Positions 63,925 to 64,000 of a stretch of DNA of 64,000 nt are shown here, piece by piece. Below the pieces are notes generated by a model that saw only the letters and a program-made list of their open reading frames with translations, had not been told where the DNA came from and did no database searches. Source of the stretch: a virus (lineage: Duplodnaviria; Caudoviricetes); the IMG/VR virus record IMGVR_UViG_3300037963_006186, positions 1,382 through 65,381 of that record, one strand, 5' to 3'. Each line of letters opens with the position of its first letter. Position 1 is the stretch's first letter. The position numbers and the translations under genes were made by a program.

Positions 63925-64000
63925 ATGTTCCCTAAATATCTGGCGACCGCCACCACAACCAACATCAAGACCGGTAACGTGCCGACCATAGCCATCGGCG
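63925..64000 (+). CDS. 5' end of an early gene (truncated): MFPKYLATATTTNIKTGNVPTIAIG
   Basis: GGAG SD at 63913; NxKTG motif recurrent in phage early proteins. Confidence 0.55.
   Translation, partial: MFPKYLATATTTNIKTGNVPTIAIG

Overview
Most of the genome of a tailed dsDNA bacteriophage, probably podovirus-like: it has tail adaptor, nozzle and very large internal virion proteins, but no recognisable tape measure or tail tube. Positions 1-13.2 kb are mostly + strand early and replication genes (zinc-finger/TOPRIM primase, VapE/VirE helicase, SF2 helicase, Cro-like HTH, YqaJ exonuclease plus RecT, HNH) and an accessory island with a tandem DUF2589-like pair. Positions 13.2-61.5 kb are a - strand late block: lysis genes, fibres, internal proteins, tail, capsid, portal, terminase, SSB, small basic proteins, a polyvalent protein with an ADP-ribosyltransferase-like domain, and RusA. 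Positions 61.5-64 kb are largely non-coding. The best candidate for a new system is a ~1 kb GC-rich, densely base-paired segment at 62350-63390, with GNRA hairpins and long-range helices, that looks like a giant structured ncRNA; an iteron-like GGACA repeat cluster follows it. Other highlights: an ATPase-less paralog of the VapE helicase, switch-like structured RNAs upstream of the primase and downstream of the DUF2589 pair, a probable ATT start codon, and a duplicated two-gene virion module. No integrase, DNA polymerase, tRNA or CRISPR array was seen. All family calls come from motif recognition by eye, not from database searches.
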